From positions 44,184 to 108,183 of the forward strand of contig CAWHDD010000011.1 of assembly GCA_963827885.1 (NCBI GenBank): a DNA stretch of 64,000 bases, given 5' to 3'. The notes below the pieces were generated by a model, which was not told where the DNA came from, searched no databases, and worked only from the letters and a program-made list of their open reading frames with translations. The position numbers and the translations under genes are program-made. The stretch comes from an uncultured Alphaproteobacteria bacterium. Lineage in GTDB: Bacteria > Pseudomonadota > Alphaproteobacteria > Rhizobiales > Rhodomicrobiaceae. Positions 41,288 through 53,879 of this stretch are shown piece after piece. Position 1 is the stretch's first letter. Each line of letters begins with the position of its first letter.

Positions 41288-41476
41288 CGTCCTCCATGCC
41301 TTTAGAAAAACTTAAATGTTGAGCTAAAACTTTCAAATTTACTTATAGCGGCATTTCGCACATAACAAAAGAAAAATGGTTTGCGGAATCTGGTAGGTGC
41401 AGCAAATGTCCACTCTATATATAGAGAACGGCAGGCGCGAGCGGCTGCGGCAAATCCGATCAGGGAGAATTGCGCG
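41288..41476. promoter_or_regulatory. divergent cbbR / cbbF control region
   Basis: AT-rich 189-bp spacer, unusual for this GC-rich DNA. It contains the perfect 14-bp palindrome CTCTATATATAGAG (41413-41426) and TTATAG-N13-CATAA-type dyads of the T-N11-A kind used by LysR regulators. The cbbF RBS AGGGAGA is at 41463-41469. Confidence 0.5.
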
Positions 41477-42505
41477 ATGACAGCATTTCCGGCACTGGCC
41501 GGCTACTTGAACTCCTGGAGCGGGGCAGACGCTGGCCGCCGCGCCGTGGCCGCTACTATTCTTTCGCTTGGAGAGGCCGGGGTCAAGATCGCAGCGCTCA
41601 TCGCCAGAGGTCCGCTGGCCGGCGACATGGCTTCCGTCACGGGCGATGCCGGCGGCGGCGACGCACAGAAGCAGCTCGACGCCATCACCGACAAAATGGT
41701 GCGTGAAGCGCTCCAGGCTTCGCCCGTCGCCTGGCTCGGCTCGGAGGAAGACCCCGAAGCCGTGCAGTTGAACGCCGGCGCGCCGCTGGCCGTGAACGTC
41801 GATCCGCTGGACGGCTCGTCCAATATCGACACGAACGTCTCCATCGGCACCATTTTCTCCATCCTGCCCAACGATGGGGCGCAGCCGCTGCTTCAGCCGG
41901 GCTCGCGGCAACTGGCCGCCGGCTACATCGTCTACGGCCCGCAAACCGCGATGGTGCTCACAGTTGGCGAGGGCACGCATATCTTCTTCCTCGATCCGGA
42001 TACCAAGACGTTCCTGCTGGTCCGCCGCAATGTCGTCATCCCGGCGGACACCAAGGAGTATGCGGTTAACAGTTCCAATTTCCGGCATTGGGACGTGGGG
42101 ATGAAGGTCTACAAAAACGACGTGATCGCCGGCAAGGAAGGTCCGCGCAAGAAGGACTTCAACATGCGCTGGATCGGCTCGCTGGTGGCCGACACGTTCC
42201 GCATCCTGACGCGCGGCGGCGTGTATATCTATCCCGGCGACCAGCGCGAAGGCTATCGCAACGGCCGTCTGCGCCTCCTCTATGAAGCCAATCCCATCGG
42301 CATGATTATCGAACAGGCCGGCGGTGCATGCACGACTGGCCGCGAGCGCATGCTAGACATCGTGCCGTCGGAGCTGCACCAGCGCGTGCCGCTGATTTTC
42401 GGCTCGCTGAACGAGGTGGCCGAGATAGACCACCAGATCCAGGCGCCCCACAATACCGGCGAGCGTTCGCCGCTTTTCGGTCAGCGCGGCCTGTTCCGCT
42501 CATAA
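41477..42505 (+). CDS. cbbF: fructose-1,6-/sedoheptulose-1,7-bisphosphatase, class I
   Basis: 342 codons from the ATG at 41477, which has an RBS. Contains DPLDGSSNIDTNVSIGTIFSI, GYIVYGPQT, YPGD...GRLRLLYEANPI. Confidence 0.9.
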   Translation: MTAFPALAGYLNSWSGADAGRRAVAATILSLGEAGVKIAALIARGPLAGDMASVTGDAGGGDAQKQLDAITDKMVREALQASPVAWLGSEEDPEAVQLNAGAPLAVNVDPLDGSSNIDTNVSIGTIFSILPNDGAQPLLQPGSRQLAAGYIVYGPQTAMVLTVGEGTHIFFLDPDTKTFLLVRRNVVIPADTKEYAVNSSNFRHWDVGMKVYKNDVIAGKEGPRKKDFNMRWIGSLVADTFRILTRGGVYIYPGDQREGYRNGRLRLLYEANPIGMIIEQAGGACTTGRERMLDIVPSELHQRVPLIFGSLNEVAEIDHQIQAPHNTGERSPLFGQRGLFRS

Positions 42506-42525
42506 GCTCAAGGTTGAGGAAAGTA

Positions 42526-43401
42526 ATGTCGGCCAAACATCCCATTATATCGGTCACTGGCTCGTCGGGCGCGGGCACCTCATCCGTGAAGCGCACCTTC
42601 GAGCAGATTTTCCGGCGCGAAGAAGTCAACGCGGCCTACATCGAGGGCGACGCCTTTCACCGCTTTGACCGGGTCGAGATGAAAGCTGAAATCGCAAAGC
42701 AGGAGATGCTCGGCAACAATCATTTCAGCCATTTCGGGGCGAATGCCAACCTCCTCGACGAGTTGGAGAACACGTTCAAGCAGTACGGCCAAACCGGCAC
42801 CGGCCGCACGCGCACCTATATACACGACGACATCGAGGCGGAGGAATTCGGCTGCCCGCCGGGCACGTTCACGCCCTGGCGGGATTTGCCGGCCGGTTCG
42901 GACCTGCTGTTCTACGAAGGCTTGCATGGTGCGGTCATGGTGCCAGGGCAGTTCGATCTGGCCCGTTATGCGGACCTGAAAGTCGGCGTCGTGCCGGTCA
43001 TCAACCTGGAATGGATACAAAAGCTTCACCGCGACAAGGCTTCGCGCGGTTACACAACCGAGGCGGTGACGCACACGATCCTGCGCCGCATGCCTGACTA
43101 TGTGGACTACATCTGCCCGCAGTTTTCGGAGACGGACATCAACTTCCAGCGCGTGCCGACGGTCGATACGTCGAACCCGTTCGTCGCCCGCAGCATCCCC
43201 ACGGCGGATGAATCGCTGGTGGTGATCCGCTTCAAGGACCCGCACGGCATCGACTTCCCGTACCTCAAGTCGATGCTGCACGACAGCTTCATGTCGCGGG
43301 CAAATTCCATCGTCGTTCCAGGCGGCAAGCTCGATCTGGCAATGCAACTCATTCTGACTCCTTTGATCTTGAAGCTGGTTTCGCAAAAACGGCGCGCGTG
43401 A
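42526..43401 (+). CDS. cbbP: phosphoribulokinase
   Basis: [32 protein letters not shown] (P-loop), [28 protein letters not shown]. 291 aa, intact. Confidence 0.95.
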   Translation: MSAKHPIISVTGSSGAGTSSVKRTFEQIFRREEVNAAYIEGDAFHRFDRVEMKAEIAKQEMLGNNHFSHFGANANLLDELENTFKQYGQTGTGRTRTYIHDDIEAEEFGCPPGTFTPWRDLPAGSDLLFYEGLHGAVMVPGQFDLARYADLKVGVVPVINLEWIQKLHRDKASRGYTTEAVTHTILRRMPDYVDYICPQFSETDINFQRVPTVDTSNPFVARSIPTADESLVVIRFKDPHGIDFPYLKSMLHDSFMSRANSIVVPGGKLDLAMQLILTPLILKLVSQKRRA

Positions 43402-43420
43402 CACCTTGAGGGAATACGAG

Positions 43421-45433
43421 ATGAATAACGAAGCAAATCTGACAGGTGCGGCTCCCTCGGTCCGCGATATGGCGAACGCTGTCCGGGCGCTGGCGATGGA
43501 CGGCGTGGAAGCCGCCAACTCCGGCCATCCCGGCATGCCCATGGGCATGGCCGACGTGGCCACGGTGCTGTTCACCAAGTTCCTGAAGTTCGACGCCGCC
43601 AATCCGCAGTGGCCCGACCGCGACCGCTTCGTGCTGTCGGCCGGCCATGGCTCGATGCTGCTGTATTCGCTGCTGCATCTCACCGGCTACGCGGACGTCA
43701 CCATTGACGAGCTGAAGCGCTTCCGCCAGATGGGCGCCAAGACCGCCGGCCATCCCGAATACGGCCATATTGCGGGTGTCGAGACGACCACCGGCCCGCT
43801 CGGCCAGGGCATCGCCACCGCCGTGGGCATGGCGCTGGCGGAACGCATGCTGGCCGAACGCTTCGGCGCCCCCATCGTCGATCACCATACTTATGTGATC
43901 GTTGGCGACGGCTGCCTGATGGAGGGCATCAGCCACGAGGCCATCGACCTCGCCGGGCATCTGAAGCTCTCCAAGCTCATCGTCCTGTGGGACGACAACT
44001 CCATTTCCATTGACGGCGCGACTTCCCTTGCGACATCGATGGACCAGCTAGGCCGCTTCACCGCGGCCGGCTGGGCCGTCACCCGCGTCGATGGCCACGC
44101 CCCGGAGGCCATTGAGGCCGCTATCGCCGCGGCGAAGAAGAGTAACCGCCCGTCGCTCATCGCCTGCAAGACGATCATCGGCTTCGGCGCCCCCAACAAG
44201 CAGGGCAGCGAGAAAACCCACGGCGCGCCGCTGGGCAAGGACGAAATCGCCGCCGCCCGCGCCTATCTCGGCTGGCCGCATGCACCGTTCGAAATTCCGG
44301 CGGACATCCTCTCGGCCTGGCGCACGGCTGGTTCGCGCGGCGCGGCTGCCCGTGAAGTCTGGCAGGGCCGCCTTGCCGAACTCGACGCCGCACGGCGCGA
44401 GCGCTTCCAGGATGACCTGCGCGGCGTGCTTTCCCCGGCGGTGCAGGTCGCCATCGACGACCTGAAACGCTCCTTCGCTGCCGATAAGCCGAAGCTCGCC
44501 ACGCGCCAGTGTTCGCAAAAGGTGCTGGACGCCCTCGCAGGCGCACAGCCCAACCTGCTGGGCGGCTCGGCCGACCTGACACACTCCAACCTGACGCTGG
44601 CCAAGGGCCAGAAATCCATCACGCCGGAGGATTTCTCCGGCAGCTACATCCATTACGGCGTGCGCGAGCATGGCATGGCGGCGGCGATGAACGGCATCGC
44701 GCTGCATGGCGGCTTCATCCCCTACGGCGGCACGTTCCTGGTGTTCGCCGACTACTGCCGCCCCTCCATCCGGCTGGCGGCGCTGATGGAACAGCGCGTG
44801 GTCTACGTCATGACGCACGACTCCATCGGCCTCGGCGAGGACGGCCCGACGCATCAGCCGGTGGAAACCATCGCCTCGCTGCGCGCCATGCCCAACACGC
44901 TGGTGTTCCGCCCTGCCGACTCCGTCGAGACGGCGGAATCCTGGCTCTGCGCCCTGGAAAACACCGGCGGGCCGAGCGTGCTCTGCCTGTCGCGCCAGGG
45001 TCTGCCCACCGTGCGTACAAGCGGCGACGGCGGTAATGCCACGGCGTTCGGCGCGTATGTACTGGTTGAGCCCCAGGGCGGCCGCGACGTGACGCTGCTG
45101 GCCACCGGCTCCGAAGTCGCCATCGCGCTCGACGCGGCCAAGCTGCTGGCGGACGAGGGCGTGAAAGCGGCTGTCGTGTCGATGCCGTGCTTCGAGCTGT
45201 TCGACCGTCAGCCGCGCGACTACCGCGATGCGGTTCTGGGTCGCGCCCCCCGTGTCGCCATCGAGGCGGCGATCCAGCAGGGCTGGGACAAGTATATCGG
45301 CTTCGACGGCGCTTTCATCGGCATGAAAGGTTTTGGCGCTTCCGCACCCATCAATGATCTGTATAAACATTTCGGAATTACCGCTGCCGCCGCTGTGAGT
45401 GCGGCCAAGACGTTAATGAGCTCAAAATCGTAG
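43421..45433 (+). CDS. cbbT: transketolase
   Basis: Intact ORF of about 670 aa. Contains [87 protein letters not shown]. An alternative start lies at 43406. Confidence 0.95.
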   Translation: MNNEANLTGAAPSVRDMANAVRALAMDGVEAANSGHPGMPMGMADVATVLFTKFLKFDAANPQWPDRDRFVLSAGHGSMLLYSLLHLTGYADVTIDELKRFRQMGAKTAGHPEYGHIAGVETTTGPLGQGIATAVGMALAERMLAERFGAPIVDHHTYVIVGDGCLMEGISHEAIDLAGHLKLSKLIVLWDDNSISIDGATSLATSMDQLGRFTAAGWAVTRVDGHAPEAIEAAIAAAKKSNRPSLIACKTIIGFGAPNKQGSEKTHGAPLGKDEIAAARAYLGWPHAPFEIPADILSAWRTAGSRGAAAREVWQGRLAELDAARRERFQDDLRGVLSPAVQVAIDDLKRSFAADKPKLATRQCSQKVLDALAGAQPNLLGGSADLTHSNLTLAKGQKSITPEDFSGSYIHYGVREHGMAAAMNGIALHGGFIPYGGTFLVFADYCRPSIRLAALMEQRVVYVMTHDSIGLGEDGPTHQPVETIASLRAMPNTLVFRPADSVETAESWLCALENTGGPSVLCLSRQGLPTVRTSGDGGNATAFGAYVLVEPQGGRDVTLLATGSEVAIALDAAKLLADEGVKAAVVSMPCFELFDRQPRDYRDAVLGRAPRVAIEAAIQQGWDKYIGFDGAFIGMKGFGASAPINDLYKHFGITAAAAVSAAKTLMSSKS

Positions 45434-45453
45434 TCCGGCGTAAGGGAGCCCAA

Positions 45454-46692
45454 ATGGAAACCATTAAAAATATTACCCAGGCCGATGTAAACGGGCGCAC
45501 AGTTCTTGTCCGTGCCGATCTCAACGTACCAACGAGCGACGGCAAGGTCACGGATACCACCCGCATCGACCGTTTTGCGCCGACTGTGAAGGCGCTGGCC
45601 GCCAGGGGTGCGCGCGTGGTGATCATGAGCCATTTCGGCCGGCCGAAGGGCAAGCGCGACCTGACGCAATCGCTGCGTCCGGCGAGCGATGCGCTGCAAG
45701 CCGCCCTGGGTGAGCCGGTGCTGTTCATCAACGACTGCGCCGGCCCGGATACCGCCGCTTACGTGGCGTCGCTCCCCTACGGCAAGGTTGCGGTGCTGGA
45801 AAATCTGCGCTTCTACGCCGAGGAGGAGGCCGACGATCCCGAGTTTGCACGCAAGCTCGCCAGCCTTGGCGACATCTTCGTCAACGATGCATTCTCCTGC
45901 GCCCATCGCGCCCACGCCTCGCTGCACGCCATCGCCGAAATCCTGCCGTCCTACGCCGGCCCGGCGATGATGGCGGAGCTGGATGCGCTCAACATGGTGC
46001 TGGAAAATCCGCAGCGCCCGGTGGCGGCGCTGGTCGGCGGCTCGAAGGTCTCCTCCAAGATCGACGTGCTGCAACACCTGCTGAAAAAGGTCGATGTGCT
46101 CGTCATCGGCGGCGGCATGGCCAACACTTTCCTGCTGGCGCAGGGCCGCAACACCGGCAAGTCGCTGGCGGAACCGGGGGAGGCCGATACCGCGCGCGCC
46201 ATCATGGCCACGGCCGAGGCGACCGGCACGTCCATCATCCTGCCGGTTGACGTGGTGCTGGGCGAAAAGTTCGAGGCGAACGCCCGCAACTGGGTCGAGG
46301 ATGTCAACGAACTGACGGGCGAGGGGCTGATTTTCGATATCGGCCCGCGCTCCGTCGAGGCGCTGAAAACCCGCCTCGCCGCCTGCCACACATTGCTTTG
46401 GAACGGCCCGCTCGGTGTGTTCGAACTTGACCCGTTCGGATTTGGAACCTTTGAAGTTGCACGCACCGCCGCTGAGCTGACGACAAAAGGTCAGCTTGTC
46501 ACGGTGGCCGGCGGAGGCGATACCGTTGCTGCACTGAATGCTGCCGGCGTGACCGGAAGCTTCAGCTATGTATCAACCGCTGGCGGGGCTTTTCTTGAGT
46601 ATATTGAGGGCAAAGAGTTGCCCGGCGTCGCCGTCCTGAAACGAGCATCGAAAAGGCTTGAGGAGAATAAGACATGGCTCGCATCACACTAA
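45454..46692 (+). CDS. pgk: phosphoglycerate kinase
   Basis: 412-aa intact ORF. Contains [63 protein letters not shown]. The C-terminal tail of ~15 aa overlaps the cbbA start by 19 nt. Confidence 0.95.
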   Translation: METIKNITQADVNGRTVLVRADLNVPTSDGKVTDTTRIDRFAPTVKALAARGARVVIMSHFGRPKGKRDLTQSLRPASDALQAALGEPVLFINDCAGPDTAAYVASLPYGKVAVLENLRFYAEEEADDPEFARKLASLGDIFVNDAFSCAHRAHASLHAIAEILPSYAGPAMMAELDALNMVLENPQRPVAALVGGSKVSSKIDVLQHLLKKVDVLVIGGGMANTFLLAQGRNTGKSLAEPGEADTARAIMATAEATGTSIILPVDVVLGEKFEANARNWVEDVNELTGEGLIFDIGPRSVEALKTRLAACHTLLWNGPLGVFELDPFGFGTFEVARTAAELTTKGQLVTVAGGGDTVAALNAAGVTGSFSYVSTAGGAFLEYIEGKELPGVAVLKRASKRLEENKTWLASH

Positions 46693-47741
46693 GACAGCTC
46701 CTGGATCACGCTGCGGAACACAGCTACGGCCTGCCGGCGTTCAATATCAACAACATGGAGCAGGTTCTCGCGATCATGGAGGCGGCCAAGGCGACCAATT
46801 CGCCGGTCATCATCCAGGCGAGCCGGGGCGCGCGGTCGTATGCAAACGACATCATGCTGGCCAAGATGGTCGAGGCGGCGGAGGCGATCTATCCGAATAT
46901 CCCGCTCTGCGTCCATCAGGACCACGGCAACAACGAAGCCACCTGCCTCACCGCCATCCAGCACGGCTTTACCTCCGTGATGATGGACGGCTCGCTGATG
47001 GCCGACGCCAAAACGCCGGCGTCCTACGAATATAATGTCGGCATCACCAAGAAGGTGACGGAAGCGGCGCACTGGGTCGGCGTGTCCGTCGAAGGCGAGC
47101 TGGGCTGTCTCGGCAGCCTGGAGACCGGCGGCGGCGAGGCCGAGGACGGCCACGGCTTCGAAGGCAAGCTCAGCCACGACAAGCTGCTCACCGATCCGGT
47201 GCAGGCGGCCGAATTCGTGGCCGCGACGAAGGTTGACGCCCTGGCCGTGGCCATCGGCACGTCCCACGGCGCCTACAAGTTCACCAAGAAGCCCACGGGC
47301 GATGTGCTGGCCATGAACGTCGTCGAGGCGATCCATGCCAAGCTGCCCAACACGCATCTGGTGATGCACGGCTCGTCCTCCGTGCCGCAGGAGTTGCAGG
47401 ACCTGTTCAACGAATATGGCGGCGGCATGCGCGAAACCTACGGCGTGCCGATTGAGGAAATCGTGCACGGCATCAAGTTCGGCGTTCGCAAGGTGAACAT
47501 CGACACCGACTGCCGTCTCGCCATGACCGGCCAATTCCGCAAGATTGCGACCCTGGAAAAGGCCGAATTCGATCCGCGCAAATTCCTGAAGCCGGCGATG
47601 GATGCGATGAAGGCGCTCTGCAAGCTCCGCTACGAACAGTTCGGAACGGCAGGGCAGGCTTCGAAAATCAAGGTCATTCCGCTGCCGGAAATGGCCAAAC
47701 GGTACGCGGCCGGTTCGCTCGATCCTGTGATGGGCAAGTAA
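46674..47741 (+). CDS. cbbA: class II fructose-/sedoheptulose-bisphosphate aldolase (CbbA type)
   Basis: 355-aa intact ORF. Contains [46 protein letters not shown]. Confidence 0.95.
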   Translation: MARITLRQLLDHAAEHSYGLPAFNINNMEQVLAIMEAAKATNSPVIIQASRGARSYANDIMLAKMVEAAEAIYPNIPLCVHQDHGNNEATCLTAIQHGFTSVMMDGSLMADAKTPASYEYNVGITKKVTEAAHWVGVSVEGELGCLGSLETGGGEAEDGHGFEGKLSHDKLLTDPVQAAEFVAATKVDALAVAIGTSHGAYKFTKKPTGDVLAMNVVEAIHAKLPNTHLVMHGSSSVPQELQDLFNEYGGGMRETYGVPIEEIVHGIKFGVRKVNIDTDCRLAMTGQFRKIATLEKAEFDPRKFLKPAMDAMKALCKLRYEQFGTAGQASKIKVIPLPEMAKRYAAGSLDPVMGK

Positions 47742-47774
47742 AAGCCGCGGTAATTCGATACGAGTGCAGCCAAA

Positions 47775-47798
47775 CCGGCAAATGATCTCATTTGCCGG
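47775..47798 (+). other. stem-loop in cbbA-cbbL spacer
   Basis: CCGGCAAAT / ATTTGCCGG, a perfect 9-bp stem with a 6-nt loop. No U-tract follows. Confidence 0.6.
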
Positions 47799-47830
47799 CA
47801 CGGGAGCGCTCACCCTGAACGGAGCTTGAT

Positions 47831-49464
<1,634 letters not shown>

Positions 49465-49514
49465 TGAAATTTTGCCTCATGGCCTGCGGGCTATGGAATT
49501 AGGAGCCAAGACAA

Positions 49515-49935
49515 ATGCGCATTACACAAGGCACGTTCTCGTTCCTGCCGGACCTGACGGACGAGCAGATCAAGAAGCAGAGTCGAATACTGCCTGACGA
49601 ACGGCTACGCCGTGAACCTGGAATACACGGACGATCCGCATCCCCGCAACACCTATTGGGAGATGTGGGGCATGCCGATGTTCGACGTGCCGGATGCAGC
49701 GGGCGTCATGTATGGAACTGAACGAATGCCGCAAGGTATATGGCGAACATGTACATCCGCATGTCGGCGTTCGACGCCAGCCACGGCTGGGAGTCGGTGA
49801 AGCTGTCGTTCATCGTCAACCGCCCCGCGAACGAGCCCGGCTTCCACCTCGAACGCCAGGAAGTCAACGGCCGCAACATCCGCTACACGACGCGCAGCTA
49901 CGCCACCGAACAAGCCGGAAGGCAGCCGCTATTAA
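49515..49935 (+). pseudogene. cbbS: RuBisCO small subunit, at least 4 frameshifts
   Basis: [22 protein letters not shown] / [43 protein letters not shown] / [12 protein letters not shown] / [53 protein letters not shown] / PEGSRY-stop (49933-49935). The red-type small subunit is recoverable only by switching frames. Confidence 0.9.
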
Positions 49936-49964
49936 TCGGCGCTGGACGATGTTATGACAGGCCC

Positions 49965-50407
49965 ATGAGCAAACTATACCCCAAGGTGAAAGCCATGGGC
50001 CTGTTCGTCTCGAACGGGCGCTTTCTCGCGAGTTCGCATCTCGACAACGTTCAAGGGCGAGGCGTATCTCCGGCTGCTGGGCGGGCATACTGAATTCGGT
50101 GAGCGGTCGGATGAGACATTTCCGGCGCGAGATTAGGAGAAGAGCTAGCGCGGATGTCGAACAGCTTCGCCTGCTGGATGTCGTTGAAAACATCTTTGTC
50201 TACGAGGGCGGCCCGGCCACGAGATCATCTTTATCTACCATGCGGTGTTCGTCGACCCGCAGCTTCTACAGCCGGGAGAGCATTCCCGTCATCGAAACCA
50301 CCGGCCCGAGCACACCGCGATCTGGACGCCGGCGACGGATCGTATTCGACGGTAAGGCGCGGCTATATCCTGTCGCGGATTATGCGAAATTCTTAAAGCT
50401 CAGTTGA
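49965..50407 (+). pseudogene. NUDIX hydrolase domain protein, several frameshifts
   Basis: Joined frames give [23 protein letters not shown]...[68 protein letters not shown]...[16 protein letters not shown]. The Nudix box GX5EX7REUXEEXGU is visible as [24 protein letters not shown]. Confidence 0.6.
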
Positions 50408-50427
50408 CCGAGCAGGAATGCAAGACC

Positions 50428-51355
50428 ATGAGCGACACCAGGCTGAAGCCAATGTGCCGGAAGAAAGCGTCGATCTCCGCCGCGAGTTCGTCGAACTCCG
50501 GCGTCGGCGAGGTGCTCGACGAACTGGACCGCGAGCTGATCGGCCTCGCGCCGGTGAAGACGCGCATCCGCGAGATTGCCGCGCTGCTGCTGGTGGAGCG
50601 CAGCCGCAAGCGCATGGGTCTTGCGCACCGAGACGCCCACTCTGCATATGAGCTTCACCGGCAATCCCGGCACCGGCAAGACCACGGTGGCGCTGCGCAT
50701 GGCCGAATATGCTGCACCGGCTCGGCTATGTGCGCAAAGGCCATCTGGTTTCGGTGACGCGCGACGATCTCGTCGGCCAGTATATCGGGCATACGGCGCC
50801 GAAGACGAAGGAAATCCTCAAGAAAGCGATGGGCGGCGTGCTGTTCATCGACGAGGCGTATTACCTGCACCGCGCCGAGAACGAGCGCGACTACGGGCAG
50901 GAGGCCATCGAGATTCTGCTCCAGGTGATGGAGAACCAGCGCGACGATCTGGTGGTGGTGCTCGCCGGGCTATGCAGACCGGATGGACAAGTTTTTCTCC
51001 ACCAACCCCGGCTTCCGCTCGCGCATCGCGCACCACGTCGATTTCCCGGATTACAGCGACGACGAGTTGCTGGCGCATCGCCGAGAAAATGCTGGAGCAG
51101 CAGAATTACCGGCTGGCGCCCGACGCGCGCGTGGCGCTGACGGATTACATCTCCAAGCGCCGCACGCAGCCGCATTTCGCCAACGCCCGCTCCATCCGCA
51201 ACGCGCTCGACCGCTCGCGGCTGCGGCAGGCCAACCGGCTGTTCGCCAATTCCACCGGGCCGCTGACCGCCAGCGAGCTGTCGGAAATCGCCGCCGCCGA
51301 CATTCTGGCCAGCCGTGTATTCAATGGCGGGTTAAATCCTAAGCCGGGGCAGTAG
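50428..51355 (+). pseudogene. cbbX: RuBisCO activase CbbX (AAA+), at least 4 frameshifts
   Basis: [38 protein letters not shown] / [24 protein letters not shown] (Walker A) / [53 protein letters not shown] (Walker B) / [31 protein letters not shown] / [16 protein letters not shown]... Confidence 0.9.
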
Positions 51356-51391
51356 CAGGCGGGATGAAATGACGGGTTTGCATACCCATCG

Positions 51392-51505
51392 CCCCTCACC
51401 CGGCCGCTTCGCGGCCACACTCTCCCGCGAGGGGAGAGGGGATGTGTGCACAGCCTCGCCGCTATCGTCCACTCTCCCCTCGCGGGAGAGGGACAGGGTG
51501 AGGGG
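51392..51505. repeat. composite REP-like nested palindrome (two inner CTCTCCC/GGGAGAG hairpins bracketed by CCCCTCACCC...GGGTGAGGGG)
   Basis: The outer arms are 51392-51401 and 51496-51505. The inner hairpins lie around 51420-51441 and 51471-51492. The motif vocabulary is the same as at 39506-39570. Confidence 0.75.
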
Positions 51506-51601
51506 GCGAACTCGCACCGGCCTCACGCGGTCCACAACCCCTTGCCGCCGCGTATCCATTTGACCAGTCCGCCCAACGAACAACAACACGAGGAACCCCC
51601 C

Positions 51602-52280
51602 ATGTCCGCCGCAGCTCCCGCCACACTCATCGCGCCGTCCATCCTCTCCGCCGATTTCTCGCGCTTCGGCGAGGAGGTTCGCGCCATCGACGAGGCCGGC
51701 TGCGACTGGGTGCACGTGGACGTCATGGATGGACATTTCGTGCCCAACCTTACATTCGGCCCACGTCTCGTTGAATGCATCCGCCCGTGGACGAAGAAGA
51801 TGCTCGACGTGCATCTGATGATTTCGCCCGTCGATCCCTACCTCGAAGCCTTCGCCAAGGCCGGCTCCGACATCATCACCGTGCACGCAGAGGCCGGGCC
51901 GCATCTGGACCGCTCGCTGCAGGTGATCCGGGGCTTGGGCAAGAAGGCGGGCGTTTCGCTCAATCCGTGCACGCCGGAGAGCGTCATCGAATTCGTGCTG
52001 GACACGCGTCGACCTCATTCTGGTGATGACGGTGAACCCCGGCTTCGGCGGGCAGGCGTTCATTCCGGCGGTGACGGAGAAGGTGCGGCGCATCCGCAAG
52101 ATGATCGGCACGCGGGCGATTGATCTGGAGGTCGATGGCGGCGTGACGCCGGAGACGGCGCCGGGGATCGTGGCGGCGGGCGCGAATGTGCTGGTGGCGG
52201 GCTCGGCGGTGTTCAAGGGCGGCGCTTACGCGGCGAACATGGCGGCAATTCGCGAGGCGGTTGCCGGCGTGGCGGGGTAA
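51602..52280 (+). pseudogene. rpe: ribulose-phosphate 3-epimerase, one frameshift near 52008
   Basis: [54 protein letters not shown]...[10 protein letters not shown]...HAEAGPH lies in one frame. [20 protein letters not shown]...[12 protein letters not shown]...VAGSAVF lies in the frame of ORF 52023-52280. Confidence 0.9.
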
Positions 52281-52407
52281 TACTAAATCCCGCTGACCAT
52301 CCCCCATGTGTCCATCGGCGGAGGCCGATGGACATGATTGTCCACGGCTGTTCCATAAGCCGCTGAGCAGGCTAAGTCTCTGAATTTCCTGGAGAAATAG
52401 TGGGAAT

Positions 52408-52482
52408 TGGCTCCCCGGCACGGATTCGAACCGCGGACCTAGCGGTTAACAGCCGCTTGCTCTACCGCTGAGCTACCGAGGA
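52408..52482 (-). tRNA. tRNA-Asn (anticodon GUU), CCA encoded
   Basis: The reverse complement folds by hand as a 75-nt cloverleaf: TCCTCGG TA GCTC AGCGGTA GAGC A AGCGG CTGTTAA CCGCT AGGTC CGCGG TTCGAAT CCGTG CCGGGGA G CCA. The anticodon loop is CU-GUU-AA. Confidence 0.9.
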
Positions 52483-52686
52483 AGCTTAAAGGCGGGTGCG
52501 CCAATAGCGCCCGCGATGGGGTGTGTATAGCAAAGACTAATCCGGGTGTCAGCCCCTTTCTTGCGCTTTCTTTCACATCCCCGCAGCTTGCCGTTCCGCG
52601 CGCCCGCCCTTTGCCGGTTGTCAAGGCCCGCGCCGGCCGTTATGTCCTGGGACTGTTGGGTTTTCCGGGCACAAACGGGCGGGCCG

Positions 52687-53859
52687 ATGCTGAAGCTGAA
52701 ATACAAAAATCGCATCCATCGCGACAAATTTTCCCTGCGCAATTTGCGCTACGTGCTCACCGACCAGCTCGTGCGCGCCGTGCCCGGCTTGCAAAAGCGC
52801 TGGCTGTTCCCTGTCGAATCGACCCCGATGCGCGACGCGGCGTCCAGCGCCGAAAGCTTCCCCGCGCGCTCCATCACCGAAACGCCGCCGGAGGCCAACG
52901 CCCAATATCTGCAACGGCCGGTGCCCATCGAAGCGGTGCAGCGGGTCTACACGTTTCACGACGTCATCGTCACCGGCCAGTCCGGCGCGCTGATCAAGGA
53001 CGGCCGGCTGCTCGCCATGCGCCCGAAGCCCAACTGGCCCATCGCCCTCAGGCCGCGCCGGTATAAGCTGACGCCGCTGCCGGGGGGCGGGCTCTACTAC
53101 GTCATGATGCCGCCGGTGCCCGCCGTGGGGCATATCTTCCATTGGCTGTTCGACTATGTGGTGCCGCTGATGACGTGGCTGGAGTCGCGCCGCGAGGCCG
53201 AGCCGGTGCAGCTCATCGTCAACGGCAAGCTATCGGAGGTGCAGCGGCGCTGCCTTGAGGTGCTGGCGGAAAATTACGGTCTGGCCGCGCCCATGGGACT
53301 GCCGCAGGACGAGGCGTTCGCCGTCAGCCGCGTGGCCGTTTCGGTGCTGGAGCCCCATACGCCCGGCGTGGTGCACGCGCCGGCGGGCATCGCGGCCTTG
53401 AAGATGCTGGCGGAGAAACTGAGCGGCGTCTCGCCGGGGCCGGATGCGAAACGCCGCCTCTATATCAGCCGCAACGATGCGAAAGCGCGCCGCGTCGCCA
53501 ACGAGGCGGAACTGGCGCCGCTCCTGGCCGCGCACGGCTTCGAGACCGTCATCCTCAAGGGGATGCCGCTTGCGCAGCAGGTGCGGCTGTTCCAGGAGGC
53601 GGAGTTGGTGGTTGCGCCCCACGGCGCCGGGCTGACCAACATCGCCTGGTGCCGTCCGGGGACGAAAATCATCGAGTTCTTCCCGTCGCCGCACGGGCCG
53701 TTTGGCAAGCCGCGAAATGCCACGGCGGACTATTGGATCATCGCGCTGCTCAAGGCGCTGGACTACCGCGCCTTCGAGGCGGGACCGAGCTTGAACCGGC
53801 ACAATGCCTTCAATATCGATCCCGGCCAGCTTGTTCAGGCGCTGGAGGATGCGGCGTAA
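52687..53859 (+). CDS. glycosyltransferase family 61 (DUF563)-like protein
   Basis: Start chosen at MLKLKYKN (52687) within ORF 52546-53859. The C-terminal half (RRLYISRNDAKARRVANEAELAPLLAAHGFETV...VVAPHGAGLTNIAWCRPGTKIIEFFP) is the typical GT61/DUF563 core. Confidence 0.65.
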   Translation: MLKLKYKNRIHRDKFSLRNLRYVLTDQLVRAVPGLQKRWLFPVESTPMRDAASSAESFPARSITETPPEANAQYLQRPVPIEAVQRVYTFHDVIVTGQSGALIKDGRLLAMRPKPNWPIALRPRRYKLTPLPGGGLYYVMMPPVPAVGHIFHWLFDYVVPLMTWLESRREAEPVQLIVNGKLSEVQRRCLEVLAENYGLAAPMGLPQDEAFAVSRVAVSVLEPHTPGVVHAPAGIAALKMLAEKLSGVSPGPDAKRRLYISRNDAKARRVANEAELAPLLAAHGFETVILKGMPLAQQVRLFQEAELVVAPHGAGLTNIAWCRPGTKIIEFFPSPHGPFGKPRNATADYWIIALLKALDYRAFEAGPSLNRHNAFNIDPGQLVQALEDAA

Positions 53860-53879
53860 CCGCGCGGCAAAGCCTAAGC

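Noticed and set aside
44048-45370. A 440-aa ORF antisense to transketolase, plus many similar long shadow ORFs (for example 539-1285+, 5071-5790-, 28811-29370+, 40421-41305+, 46689-48113-, 48049-49326-, 56537-57437-).
   Set aside because: High-GC DNA yields long stop-free antisense and off-frames. Their translations are Arg/Ala/Gly/Pro/His-rich with no family resemblance. The other strand or frame encodes an unmistakable conserved protein.
52309-52334. A 10-bp hairpin (GTCCATCGGC/GCCGATGGAC) after rpe as a terminator for rpe or for tRNA-Asn.
   Set aside because: No U-tract follows on either strand. It may still be a structural element, but I cannot support a terminator call.
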